Positions 17,584-25,053 of a stretch of 53,339 nt of DNA are shown here, in pieces. The stretch is from the IMG/VR virus record IMGVR_UViG_3300032321_000329, positions 1-53,339 of that record. One strand, written 5' to 3'. The notes beneath the pieces were generated by a model, which worked only from the letters and a program-made list of their open reading frames with translations, did no database searches and was not told the DNA's origin. A program made the translations under genes and the position numbers. The first letter of the stretch is position 1; every line of letters begins with the position of its first letter. This DNA comes from a virus (lineage: Duplodnaviria; Caudoviricetes).

Positions 17584-19183
17584 ATGTGCGTGCCATTGTG
17601 ATTATTGCATTAGTGCTTAGAATTGTTACAGCTACACTGACAGCATTTTGTAAAGCTGACCTTGTAACTTTTAATGGGTCAATAACACCCAACGCCACTA
17701 AATCACCCATCTCACCTGTCTTTAAATTGTATCCATGACCAACAGGCGTACTATCTTTATACACGTCACTTGGTTTCAGTCCTGCGTTAGCAAGTATCTG
17801 TTGGAACGGAGCCATTAATGCATTACGAACAATATTTAATGCAGCATTGTACTCAGCACTACTCGTCTCAGCTCCCAACTCAGCACTCTCATCGAGTAAT
17901 GCTTTGCCGGCTCCCGGTAGTATCCCTTCCTCAAGTGCTGAACGAACTGCACACACTGCGTCATCAACACGGTCATACAACTCTTTTTGCTCAAGGTCAG
18001 TTTGACCACCAACAAAGATTACACCAATGCCACCTGTAAGTGATGCAATTCTCTCCAAGATAAAGTCTTTGTCACCTTTTTTAGTTGCTTCTTTGTGTGC
18101 ATCCCATAATTGTTTTACTCTCTCCTCAATCACAGCCTCGTCAGACTTAGCTGCACTTCTGATAATGACAGTCTTGTCTTTGCTAACAATAACTTTTGCA
18201 GCATGACCCAAGTCACCATAGTTGACATGGCTTAAGTCATCACCTGTCTTCTCACTATAGTATGTTGCACCAACACTAATGGCAATGTCTTGCATCAACT
18301 CGTGTTGCTTGTATCCAAAATTAGGAGGAGGTACAGCTACCACCTTAAGATTCCCCTTAACTGAGTTAGCTGCAAGTGTGTTCACCACATTTGTATTACA
18401 TGGAGAAATTATCAATAACTTTTTTCCTTCAGAAATAATTGGTTTCAATACATTCTCAATCTGTAAGATATTTGCTATCTCCATATCACATACCAAAACC
18501 ATAGTGTCTTCAAAGACACACTCGTCTTTCTTTTGGTCATTTATAAAAAGCGGACTCAAATAACCTCTGTCAATTTTCAATCCCTTAGTCGTCTCAGCAT
18601 ATGTCTCTGCCGTTTGGCTTCTCTCTACTGTAACAATGCCGGTCTTACCCACGTCCTTATAAACCTCTGAGATGATTCTACCAATCTCTCTGTCATTATT
18701 TGCTGAGATACTCGCTACGTCTAATAGCATTGTGCTACTGACCTTTTTAGCTTTACGTCTTAACTTGTCCACCACTTTACTGCTGATGTCCACCATGTGT
18801 CTTAAAACCTCAGTTCTGTTCATATCCTCTTTGATATGCTCAAGACCTCCTAAGACTAATCCTTCTGTTAAGACAATTGCTGTAGTGGTACCATCACCTG
18901 CTGAAGTAGCAGTCTTGTCTGCCGCCTCCTTCATCATCTTAACCGCAAGGTTCTCCGATGGGTCAATCAAGTCAATTGCCTTAGCAACTGTTACACCATC
19001 CTTAGTTACTGTGATACCGTGCGTGTGATGTGGACTCTCAATTAGTACAGTGTTACCACTTGGTCCGAGTGTTGACTTAACAGCCTTTGACATTTTAACA
19101 ACACCACTGATAAGTTTTTTTCTACCTTCTGAACCAAACTGCAAATCTTTGGGTGAGTACCCAATACCTGATGTTTCTACCAT
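17567..19183 (-). CDS. groEL: Chaperonin GroEL (phage-encoded)
   Basis: AVKSTLGPSG, VTKDGVTVAK, AGDGTTTA, DRGYLSP, RVDDAVCAVRSALEEG and GVIDPLKVTRSALQNA; no GGM tail. Confidence 0.95.
   Translation of the reverse strand: MVETSGIGYSPKDLQFGSEGRKKLISGVVKMSKAVKSTLGPSGNTVLIESPHHTHGITVTKDGVTVAKAIDLIDPSENLAVKMMKEAADKTATSAGDGTTTAIVLTEGLVLGGLEHIKEDMNRTEVLRHMVDISSKVVDKLRRKAKKVSSTMLLDVASISANNDREIGRIISEVYKDVGKTGIVTVERSQTAETYAETTKGLKIDRGYLSPLFINDQKKDECVFEDTMVLVCDMEIANILQIENVLKPIISEGKKLLIISPCNTNVVNTLAANSVKGNLKVVAVPPPNFGYKQHELMQDIAISVGATYYSEKTGDDLSHVNYGDLGHAAKVIVSKDKTVIIRSAAKSDEAVIEERVKQLWDAHKEATKKGDKDFILERIASLTGGIGVIFVGGQTDLEQKELYDRVDDAVCAVRSALEEGILPGAGKALLDESAELGAETSSAEYNAALNIVRNALMAPFQQILANAGLKPSDVYKDSTPVGHGYNLKTGEMGDLVALGVIDPLKVTRSALQNAVSVAVTILSTNAIITMARTYEQQQ
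18504..18519. repeat. 16-bp palindrome copy 2 (inside groEL)
   Basis: GTGTCTTCAAAGACAC; encodes part of CVFEDT. Confidence 0.9.
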
Positions 19184-19208
19184 TTAATTACGATTTAATT
19201 GTATGGTA

Positions 19209-19216
19209 CAAATATA
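19209..19216 (-). promoter_or_regulatory. Bacteroidota -7 element for groEL
   Basis: TATATTTG on the minus strand about 25 nt upstream of the groEL ATG; no clear -33 TTTG. Confidence 0.5.
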
Positions 19217-19243
19217 GTCAACTTGCGGTATATAACTACCTAT

Positions 19244-19548
19244 AATGTCGATATTTTTTTTCAATGTCAATGTAATGTCGATTTTAATTTAGATATAAAA
19301 TGAATAAGTAATTGATAATCAAATACATAAGTGTAGTCAATGTCAGAAATGTCGGAATGTCGAATTTATTCCCCTACTTCTTCTTATATATATATTCCCT
19401 CCTTATTATTTTTTTATATTATATTTTCTCTTAAAAATCGACATTTTCGACATTAAAGAAATAAAGTATTAATAATCAATAAGATAGAAAAATAAAATCG
19501 ACATAAAAACGACATGAAAACGGCATGAAAATGTCAATATTGACATTT
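19244..19548. repeat. Iteron-like array A (ATGTC/GACAT repeats around an AT-rich core)
   Basis: AATGTC(G/A) repeats on the left, (C/T)GACAT repeats on the right, and a terminal palindrome AAATGTCAATATTGACATTT; non-coding. Confidence 0.75.
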
Positions 19549-19554
19549 ATGGGC

Positions 19555-19584
19555 AAAAAGAAACCCAACAAGTTAATGTTGGGT
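19555..19584 (-). terminator. Intrinsic terminator
   Basis: Minus strand reads ACCCAACA-TTAACT-TGTTGGGT-TTCTTTTT, downstream of ORF 19617..19874. Confidence 0.65.
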
Positions 19585-19616
19585 CAGTCAAAGGATGCTA
19601 TCCTAAGAGCGGTTCT

Positions 19617-19874
19617 TTAGTCCATCTCAGGACCTTCCATCATCTCTGAACGAATGTTCCCTAAGAAAACTGCTTCAGACATTCTCTGAATTTTCTCAGC
19701 ATTGTAAACTGCCTTCTTTGCTTGGGCAGCTTGTTGGATTCCCGTTTGACCATCAGGACGATTGTTAATTAACATACCCTTGTTTACAGTTAACCCAAAA
19801 TTAGCACCGCTTTGTTGATAGATGCTATTTGATAAGTCTGCCTTGTAAACAGAGTTTCCAAATTTTAGTTTCAT
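19617..19874 (-). CDS. Hypothetical protein
   Basis: 85-aa ORF, first gene of the left arm, with its own terminator. Confidence 0.65.
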   Translation of the reverse strand: MKLKFGNSVYKADLSNSIYQQSGANFGLTVNKGMLINNRPDGQTGIQQAAQAKKAVYNAEKIQRMSEAVFLGNIRSEMMEGPEMD

Positions 19875-20072
19875 AAAAACGTTTTTATAGTGAAGTAATA
19901 TTACAGAGTAAAGATAAGAAGTTTTTTAGATAGTATCAGTGTTTGGGCTATATAGCGGTTCTGCGAAGCGGACCGCAATCCGAAACTGATTTTTTTTTGA
20001 GGGGGTGGGGGTGCATTTTCAATCGCTCCTCGCAAATATTTTAGCTTTTTGCTCACGTGTATATGTACGGGC

Positions 20073-20143
20073 GGAGGCGTAAGGCTCACGCCTCCCCCCG
20101 TCCCCGTCTCACGTTCCCCGTTACCCGTACCCGTCCCCCGTTC
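20073..20143. repeat. GC-rich hairpin and (CCCGT)-type C-tract repeats at the strand switch
   Basis: GGAGGCGT-N7-ACGCCTCC hairpin, then six C-runs between 20094 and 20139. Confidence 0.7.
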
Positions 20144-20174
20144 CTTTGTACCTCCGCTCCGCTCCGTTCCCTTT

Positions 20175-20190
20175 GTGTCTTTAAAGACAC
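20175..20190. repeat. 16-bp palindrome copy 3
   Basis: Perfect GTGTCTTTAAAGACAC; intergenic. Confidence 0.9.
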
Positions 20191-20340
20191 TACCAATCGA
20201 GAGAGAGAGGGAACAAGAGAGAGGAGTTAGCACCCGCTCCATCCTTTGCCTGATTAAATTTTTTAACGCCTCATCGCCCGTCTCAATTCCTTTGCTGTAT
20301 TGAAAAGAAAAAATATTTTAAAAAAAAGATAAAAAAAAAG

Positions 20341-20370
20341 TTTGTTGTATTGACTATTGTACTATATTTG
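20341..20370 (+). promoter_or_regulatory. Early promoter, Bacteroidota sigma70 type
   Basis: TTTG (20341-20344), 18-nt spacer, TATATTTG (20363-20370), with long upstream A-tracts. Confidence 0.7.
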
Positions 20371-20431
20371 AACTGAAAATGAACGGGCAATAAGCACGTT
20401 TATCACTTAAATCATTAAAAATCAATCAGTT

Positions 20432-21073
20432 ATGACAAATTTACTCGCAATTGAGAGTAGTTTCCTTAACCTCCCTGAGGTTAAGACAGCATTGAACCTC
20501 ACTGAAATCAGGAGCGTTCAAAGAACAATTACTAATGCAAAAAAGAAAAAGTTCGAGCAAACGCTCACTCTTTCAAAGTTAGTTACTAACGTGTTAACGT
20601 GGTTTCAATCAGAGGACGGAAAGCGTAAATGTTCGGAGGAGGGCATAACGTGGTCAAATGAGGAAATCGGAAACAAGGTTTTCGGATGGCAAAAGTCTTT
20701 TTTCTACAAAGTAGTGAAAGCGGGAAAATTGGAGGAGAGCGTGGTGGACACGTTCAAGGCAAAATGTGACGAGGCGGAGGCTCAAGGTAACGAACCGAAC
20801 CGCTCACTCGAGGGATTATTGAAATTTGCAAAGCAAGTGGAAACGGGCACACAAACGGGTGGAGAGAGTGAGGGCGAAATGGGAGACCCTGAGACAACGG
20901 GAGAGGCACAAATTGAGGTTCGTGCTGAGAATGTGTTCACATTGAAATGCAAGGTTGATGGCGTTAACGTGAGCGTGAAAATAGACGCAAACGGAAATTT
21001 AACTACCAACAATTCAAAGGAGCAAATCGAGGAGGCAATCGCAATTTTATCAATTCAATTAAACAACCTATAA
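20432..21073 (+). CDS. First early protein, possible HTH DNA-binding
   Basis: SNEEIGNKVFGWQKSFFYKVVKAG looks HTH-like; acidic linker; short C-terminal beta domain. Function is tentative. Confidence 0.55.
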   Translation: MTNLLAIESSFLNLPEVKTALNLTEIRSVQRTITNAKKKKFEQTLTLSKLVTNVLTWFQSEDGKRKCSEEGITWSNEEIGNKVFGWQKSFFYKVVKAGKLEESVVDTFKAKCDEAEAQGNEPNRSLEGLLKFAKQVETGTQTGGESEGEMGDPETTGEAQIEVRAENVFTLKCKVDGVNVSVKIDANGNLTTNNSKEQIEEAIAILSIQLNNL

Positions 21074-21084
21074 ATTTTAAAACT

Positions 21085-21945
21085 ATGCAAACGGGAATCA
21101 TTTACACCACAACGGGACAAAGGGAGAGAGGCGAGGTCTCAAGTTACCACCGCAAACCGCAACCGCTATTTTTAAATAAGACTAAGCACGCAATTGACGT
21201 GAGCGGTCTTAAAAAATCAGTGCAACGCTCCGCCATTAAGTTCGAGGGCGGGGATTACGAAGCTAAGTTTACAATTGGCTTCGAGGTTGAGAAAAATCAA
21301 CTTTCACGCAATGCGGTTAAGGAATACGAACTATTTTGTGGGTTCGAGCGTGACGGGTCGTGTGGATATGAGGCGGTGACCCACGTGCTCCCTTTATTGC
21401 CATCGGGCAAATGGAGGACGAAAGTATTCGACCTAATGCACAAAGCGGAGAAAATTATCGATGATAGGTTTAGTCCGTCCGATAGGAGGTGCGGAGGTCA
21501 CATTACGATAGCGTGTGACGGGTTAACAGGTGAGGAGCTAAGAACAGCCATCCGCAAAAATTGTGGTATTGTGTTAGCGTTATTTCGCAATCGTCTTAAC
21601 AATTCATATTGCGGTGAGAATAAGAGACTTGAGAATATTTATAATAGCTCACGCTATCAAGTTACACTATCGAAGGGTGATTGTTTAGAGTTTAGATTGC
21701 CATCAAGGTTCGAGAGTGTTAAGCAAATGATGAGACGATACGAGTTAATGTATGAATTAGTTAATTACAGCATAACTAAGCCTAACGGGTCGCATGATGG
21801 CTTTTTAAAGGTTATTACGCCAATTATCCTTTCAATGTACAATGGTGACACAACAAAGGTTGAGGAGGTATTAAGGCTATCAAAATTGTTCAGAGCCTAT
21901 ATTCTTAAGGGTGAGATACACGCTGATATTAGAACTTTCCTTTAG
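21085..21945 (+). CDS. Putative amidoligase (COOH-NH2 ligase family)
   Basis: TIGFEVE, ERDGS, YEAVT, CGGHI and LEFR motifs in the expected order. Confidence 0.7.
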   Translation: MQTGIIYTTTGQRERGEVSSYHRKPQPLFLNKTKHAIDVSGLKKSVQRSAIKFEGGDYEAKFTIGFEVEKNQLSRNAVKEYELFCGFERDGSCGYEAVTHVLPLLPSGKWRTKVFDLMHKAEKIIDDRFSPSDRRCGGHITIACDGLTGEELRTAIRKNCGIVLALFRNRLNNSYCGENKRLENIYNSSRYQVTLSKGDCLEFRLPSRFESVKQMMRRYELMYELVNYSITKPNGSHDGFLKVITPIILSMYNGDTTKVEEVLRLSKLFRAYILKGEIHADIRTFL

Positions 21946-21958
21946 TACGTGGTGGAGG

Positions 21959-21974
21959 GTGTCTTTAAAGACAC
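21959..21974. repeat. 16-bp palindrome copy 4 (before ribozyme 1)
   Basis: GGAGG-GTGTCTTTAAAGACAC-TCTCC. Confidence 0.9.
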
Positions 21975-21980
21975 TCTCCC

Positions 21981-22031
21981 ACTGTAGGGGGATGAGTATC
22001 CCTCCTGATGAGCTCAAAAGAGCGAAACAGT
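21981..22031 (+). ncRNA. Type III hammerhead ribozyme 1
   Basis: ACUGUA / GGGGGA-UGAGUA-UCCCUC / CUGAUGA / GCUC-AAAA-GAGC / GAA-ACAGU. Full core and three stems; predicted cut after A21986. Confidence 0.92.
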
Positions 22032-22074
22032 ATTTTAAACCGGAGGTTTTAAAACCTCCACAAATTTAATCAAC

Positions 22075-22179
22075 ATGGGAACGCACATTTCAATTTTAGA
22101 ATTTTTAGCCATCTCAACACTTTGTGTTTTGGCTTACGCCTTTATCAAAACATTATTTGAAACCTTTAAAAACAAGTAA
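22075..22179 (+). CDS. Small membrane peptide (34 aa)
   Basis: MGTHISILEFLAISTLCVLAYAFIKTLFETFKNK; AATCAAC leader; ends 3 nt before the next ATG. Confidence 0.55.
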   Translation: MGTHISILEFLAISTLCVLAYAFIKTLFETFKNK

Positions 22180-22182
22180 GCA

Positions 22183-22773
22183 ATGAGACAAATTACACGT
22201 GAAATCGTGAACGCCTTTGAGAATAGTCGTTCACTTACAATCGGGAACAGCCGTACAAACGGGGAAAGTTTATGGCTATTCGGCAATAAGATTGCGGAGA
22301 TTAGGAGGGATGGTTTATGGATAACTAATGCAGGGTGGAAAAGTGTCACCACAAAGGAGAGGTTAAACGGGTTGAGTGGAGTTCGTATTCAACAACTACG
22401 TGGTAAATGGTTTTTGAATGAGAATGAGTGGGACGGGACATGGGTACACGTTGACAATTGGAATCAGTATGGGAATACTATTCAGTACGTGAGTCAAGAA
22501 CAATCGGAACAGGTGGCAAATGAGCCCGAGTTTGACGTGACAAGCGAGTGGACGGAGCATGGGTACAGCCGTCCGGTATATTCAATCTTTCATACGTTGG
22601 TGGATACGGAAATTAATTCGGTGGAGTCATTATTGAACGAGCAAGGGATACCATCAAAGCGAATGGAGTCCGACACTGATGGAATGTATCGACCTAATTA
22701 CTTTGTAGTGGTACGCCCTGAGGACGTTGAGAGAGCTGTTAATATTTTAGCTGAGTCGTATTGTATGGCTTAG
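22183..22773 (+). CDS. Hypothetical early protein
   Basis: 196 aa; LFGNKIA..ITNAGW.SVTTKERLNG motif recurs in phage early proteins. Confidence 0.75.
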   Translation: MRQITREIVNAFENSRSLTIGNSRTNGESLWLFGNKIAEIRRDGLWITNAGWKSVTTKERLNGLSGVRIQQLRGKWFLNENEWDGTWVHVDNWNQYGNTIQYVSQEQSEQVANEPEFDVTSEWTEHGYSRPVYSIFHTLVDTEINSVESLLNEQGIPSKRMESDTDGMYRPNYFVVVRPEDVERAVNILAESYCMA

Positions 22774-22782
22774 TAAGTGGGG

Positions 22783-22798
22783 GTGTCTTCAAAGACAC
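22783..22798. repeat. 16-bp palindrome copy 5 (before ribozyme 2)
   Basis: GTGTCTTCAAAGACAC, abutting stem III of the ribozyme. Confidence 0.9.
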
Positions 22799-22850
22799 TC
22801 CGTCCCTGAGTGTATCGCTTAGGCTGATGAGTCCTAAAGGACGAAACGGA
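22799..22850 (+). ncRNA. Type III hammerhead ribozyme 2
   Basis: UCCGUC / CCUGAG-UGUAUCG-CUUAGG / CUGAUGA / GUCC-UAAA-GGAC / GAA-ACGGA. Canonical GUC site; predicted cut after C22804. Confidence 0.95.
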
Positions 22851-22871
22851 AACCACTTAAATCAAATCAAA

Positions 22872-23051
22872 ATGGAAAAAAAAGTAAAACTAATTGTGTC
22901 AATTGACACATGGGACAAGTATGCCGAAATCAATGGCATAACTATTCATGAGGCAATCGAGACGCAAGAAAATGGCAAATGGTTTATTCAAACGAGCGAG
23001 AGTATCGCAAATGTATTAATCAATAACAAAATGGCTGAAGAAACAATCTAA
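22872..23051 (+). CDS. Hypothetical protein
   Basis: MEKKVKLIVS...; ATG follows AATCAAATCAAA. The ORF-track start at 22761 would read through the ribozyme. Confidence 0.65.
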   Translation: MEKKVKLIVSIDTWDKYAEINGITIHEAIETQENGKWFIQTSESIANVLINNKMAEETI

Positions 23052-23062
23052 ATCAAATCAAA

Positions 23063-23260
23063 ATGCAACAGAGCAAATTTTCATTCGAGGCACAAGAACG
23101 TAACGAAATTTTACAGCCTATCATTGATAGGTTGTTATACCTACCTAAATCAGAGTTGGGCACCTACAAGGAATATTTAAAAATCCTTGAGGAGTTTTAT
23201 CCGATTGATGTGCAGATAAAAGATGGAATCAGAATTTATAAATTAAGTAAATCAAAGTAA
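23063..23260 (+). CDS. Hypothetical protein
   Basis: 65 aa with an AATCA leader. Confidence 0.65.
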   Translation: MQQSKFSFEAQERNEILQPIIDRLLYLPKSELGTYKEYLKILEEFYPIDVQIKDGIRIYKLSKSK

Positions 23261-23261
23261 A

Positions 23262-23552
23262 ATGACAAAAGCAAATGATATATGGGAGTGCTCACAATGT
23301 GGGCACCCACAAGGACGACACGATATGTGGTTTGAGGATAACCTATGCGAGAGGTGTTATGATAGGCTCCCGATGTGTAGGGGTTGCAATACGAAGGATA
23401 CAAAAGAAATAGTCGAGAGTAGGTGCGATTCATACGGATTCGGGACGGGTGATTGGTGCGACAAATGTTATGATAGTGAGAAGTACCCATATCGAAAAGA
23501 TAGGTATTTTGATGAGTCGTATGCAGGTGAAAGATTGGAGGATGATTATTAA
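23262..23552 (+). CDS. Cys-rich zinc-binding protein
   Basis: Four CxxC pairs. Confidence 0.7.
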   Translation: MTKANDIWECSQCGHPQGRHDMWFEDNLCERCYDRLPMCRGCNTKDTKEIVESRCDSYGFGTGDWCDKCYDSEKYPYRKDRYFDESYAGERLEDDY

Positions 23553-23569
23553 TTTAAAAATCAAATAAA

Positions 23570-23728
23570 ATGGAGCAAGAATATTTTTTTAAAGTTTACT
23601 ACGAGAAAACTTTTGTGCTGTCGATGATTGCCCACACAAAGTGGGAGGCTATCGACAAAGCATTCTATAAATTTATAGGAGAGCACCCTTACTTAGATAG
23701 GAAAAAATTTAAGGCAATCAAAAAATAA
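23570..23728 (+). CDS. Small hypothetical protein (52 aa)
   Basis: MEQEYFFKVYYEK...KFKAIKK; AATCAAATAAA leader. Confidence 0.6.
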   Translation: MEQEYFFKVYYEKTFVLSMIAHTKWEAIDKAFYKFIGEHPYLDRKKFKAIKK

Positions 23729-23729
23729 A

Positions 23730-23761
23730 TTTGGTTATGTCTAATTTATGTCGTATCTTCG
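23730..23761 (+). promoter_or_regulatory. Internal early promoter
   Basis: TTTG (23730-23733), 20-nt spacer, TATCTTCG (23754-23761). Confidence 0.55.
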
Positions 23762-23789
23762 TTCAATATCAGTTCATTAACCGAGTCCT

Positions 23790-23805
23790 GTGTCTTCAAA
23801 GACAC
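23790..23805. repeat. 16-bp palindrome copy 6
   Basis: GTGTCTTCAAAGACAC between the promoter and ATG 23828; no ribozyme follows. Confidence 0.9.
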
Positions 23806-23827
23806 TGCTCACAAATCAAATCGCTGT

Positions 23828-24946
23828 ATGTGTGTAATTATTATTAAGCAGAAAGGGAAGCACGTTCCCCAAGAGGTTGCAAAGACCTCCGCAAGAATCA
23901 ACCCTCATGGATTGGGTGTGATATGGCTCGACACGTTCGAGGTAACTTATCATAAATCGGCAGAGTACAAAGTACTTGACACAAAAAGACCTTTCATTGC
24001 TCACTTTAGATATGCGACCATTGGAGCAATCAATAAAGAGAACACGCACCCGTTCAGATGTGGGAGCAACAAACAAGAATGGCTTATGATGAATGGTACC
24101 ATAAGTAAATTAGGAGACCACAAGAAAAGTGACTCACGTGTGCTCGCTGAGAACTTAGGGGACATTCCACGTCATACGTGGAAAAAAGAACTTGAGCAAT
24201 ATGGCTCAAGGTTTGTGACCATCAACACGCATAGTCGCACGTATCAAATTTATAACAAAGAGTTATGGGTACAAAAAGATGGTGTGTGGTATAGCAAGGA
24301 CAATGTCCTTGAGGACACGTTGGTTGCGGTGTATGGCACGTTAAAGAAGGGATATAGCAATTACAATCATTACCTAACAAGTTCAAAGTATATAGGTAAA
24401 GGAGCGACAAAAGAAAAGTATCCTTTAGTCATTAAGGGGTTGCCCTATTTAATTGAGAACATTGGACAAGGTTTTAACGTGGAGGTGGATGTGTTCAAAG
24501 TAAGTCCATCAGTCTTAAAAGATTTAGACGCATTAGAAGGGCACCCAAATTGGTATAGGAGAAAAGAGATTCAAATCAAAATGAAAGATAAAACGCTGAT
24601 GTGTTGGATTTATTTTAATATCAGAGAGAAAGGCAACGGGGAGTTATACCATCAAACGTACACGCAGGAACCGAGTAGGGTCAAGTGGTACGAGCAGGAG
24701 GATATAATCGAGAGTGATAGATATGTTAGTATATTCAGTAACTTAGGGTACGAAAAACCAAAGAGTATTTTCTTATCTAACATAGCAGATGATGAGTGTG
24801 CCGATTGCGAGTTTGACATAGAGAATGAGAAACCTATTTGTGTTAATTGCTTTCATGACTTAGAACATGACATGTTTGCAAATTACCATTGTAGTAGTTG
24901 TGACGAGTGGTTCAACGAGGCGGAGGTATTAAGATTTCAGCCTTAG
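23828..24946 (+). CDS. Class II glutamine amidotransferase fused to gamma-glutamylcyclotransferase-like domain and zinc ribbon
   Basis: N-terminal MC, NPHGLG, HFRYAT, NTHPF, MNG and SDS (Ntn-GATase); VAVYGTLKKG..LDALEG (GGCT/AIG2-like); C-terminal CxxC..CxxC. Confidence 0.85.
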   Translation: MCVIIIKQKGKHVPQEVAKTSARINPHGLGVIWLDTFEVTYHKSAEYKVLDTKRPFIAHFRYATIGAINKENTHPFRCGSNKQEWLMMNGTISKLGDHKKSDSRVLAENLGDIPRHTWKKELEQYGSRFVTINTHSRTYQIYNKELWVQKDGVWYSKDNVLEDTLVAVYGTLKKGYSNYNHYLTSSKYIGKGATKEKYPLVIKGLPYLIENIGQGFNVEVDVFKVSPSVLKDLDALEGHPNWYRRKEIQIKMKDKTLMCWIYFNIREKGNGELYHQTYTQEPSRVKWYEQEDIIESDRYVSIFSNLGYEKPKSIFLSNIADDECADCEFDIENEKPICVNCFHDLEHDMFANYHCSSCDEWFNEAEVLRFQP

Positions 24947-24961
24947 GCTTGACTTGGGAGG

Positions 24962-24977
24962 GTGTCTTCAAAGACAC
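24962..24977. repeat. 16-bp palindrome copy 7 (before ribozyme 3)
   Basis: GGAGG-GTGTCTTCAAAGACAC-TCTCC. Confidence 0.9.
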
Positions 24978-24982
24978 TCTCC

Positions 24983-25034
24983 TCCGTATCGGGATGAGTT
25001 GTCCCGACTGATGATTCCTAAAGGATGAAACGGA
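24983..25034 (+). ncRNA. Type III hammerhead ribozyme 3
   Basis: UCCGUA / UCGGGA-UGAGUUG-UCCCGA / CUGAUGA / UUCC-UAAA-GGAU / GAA-ACGGA. Predicted cut after A24988; U-U at the base of stem II. Confidence 0.88.
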
Positions 25035-25053
25035 AAATTTTAAAATAAACAAA

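Noticed and set aside
19901-20303. ORFs 19901..20242 (-) and 20049..20303 (+)
   Set aside because: Low-complexity translations of the C-tract region, with no leader or operon context.
22761-22871. N-terminal extension of ORF 22761..23051
   Set aside because: It merely reads through the palindrome and ribozyme 2; ATG 22872 has the typical AATCA leader.
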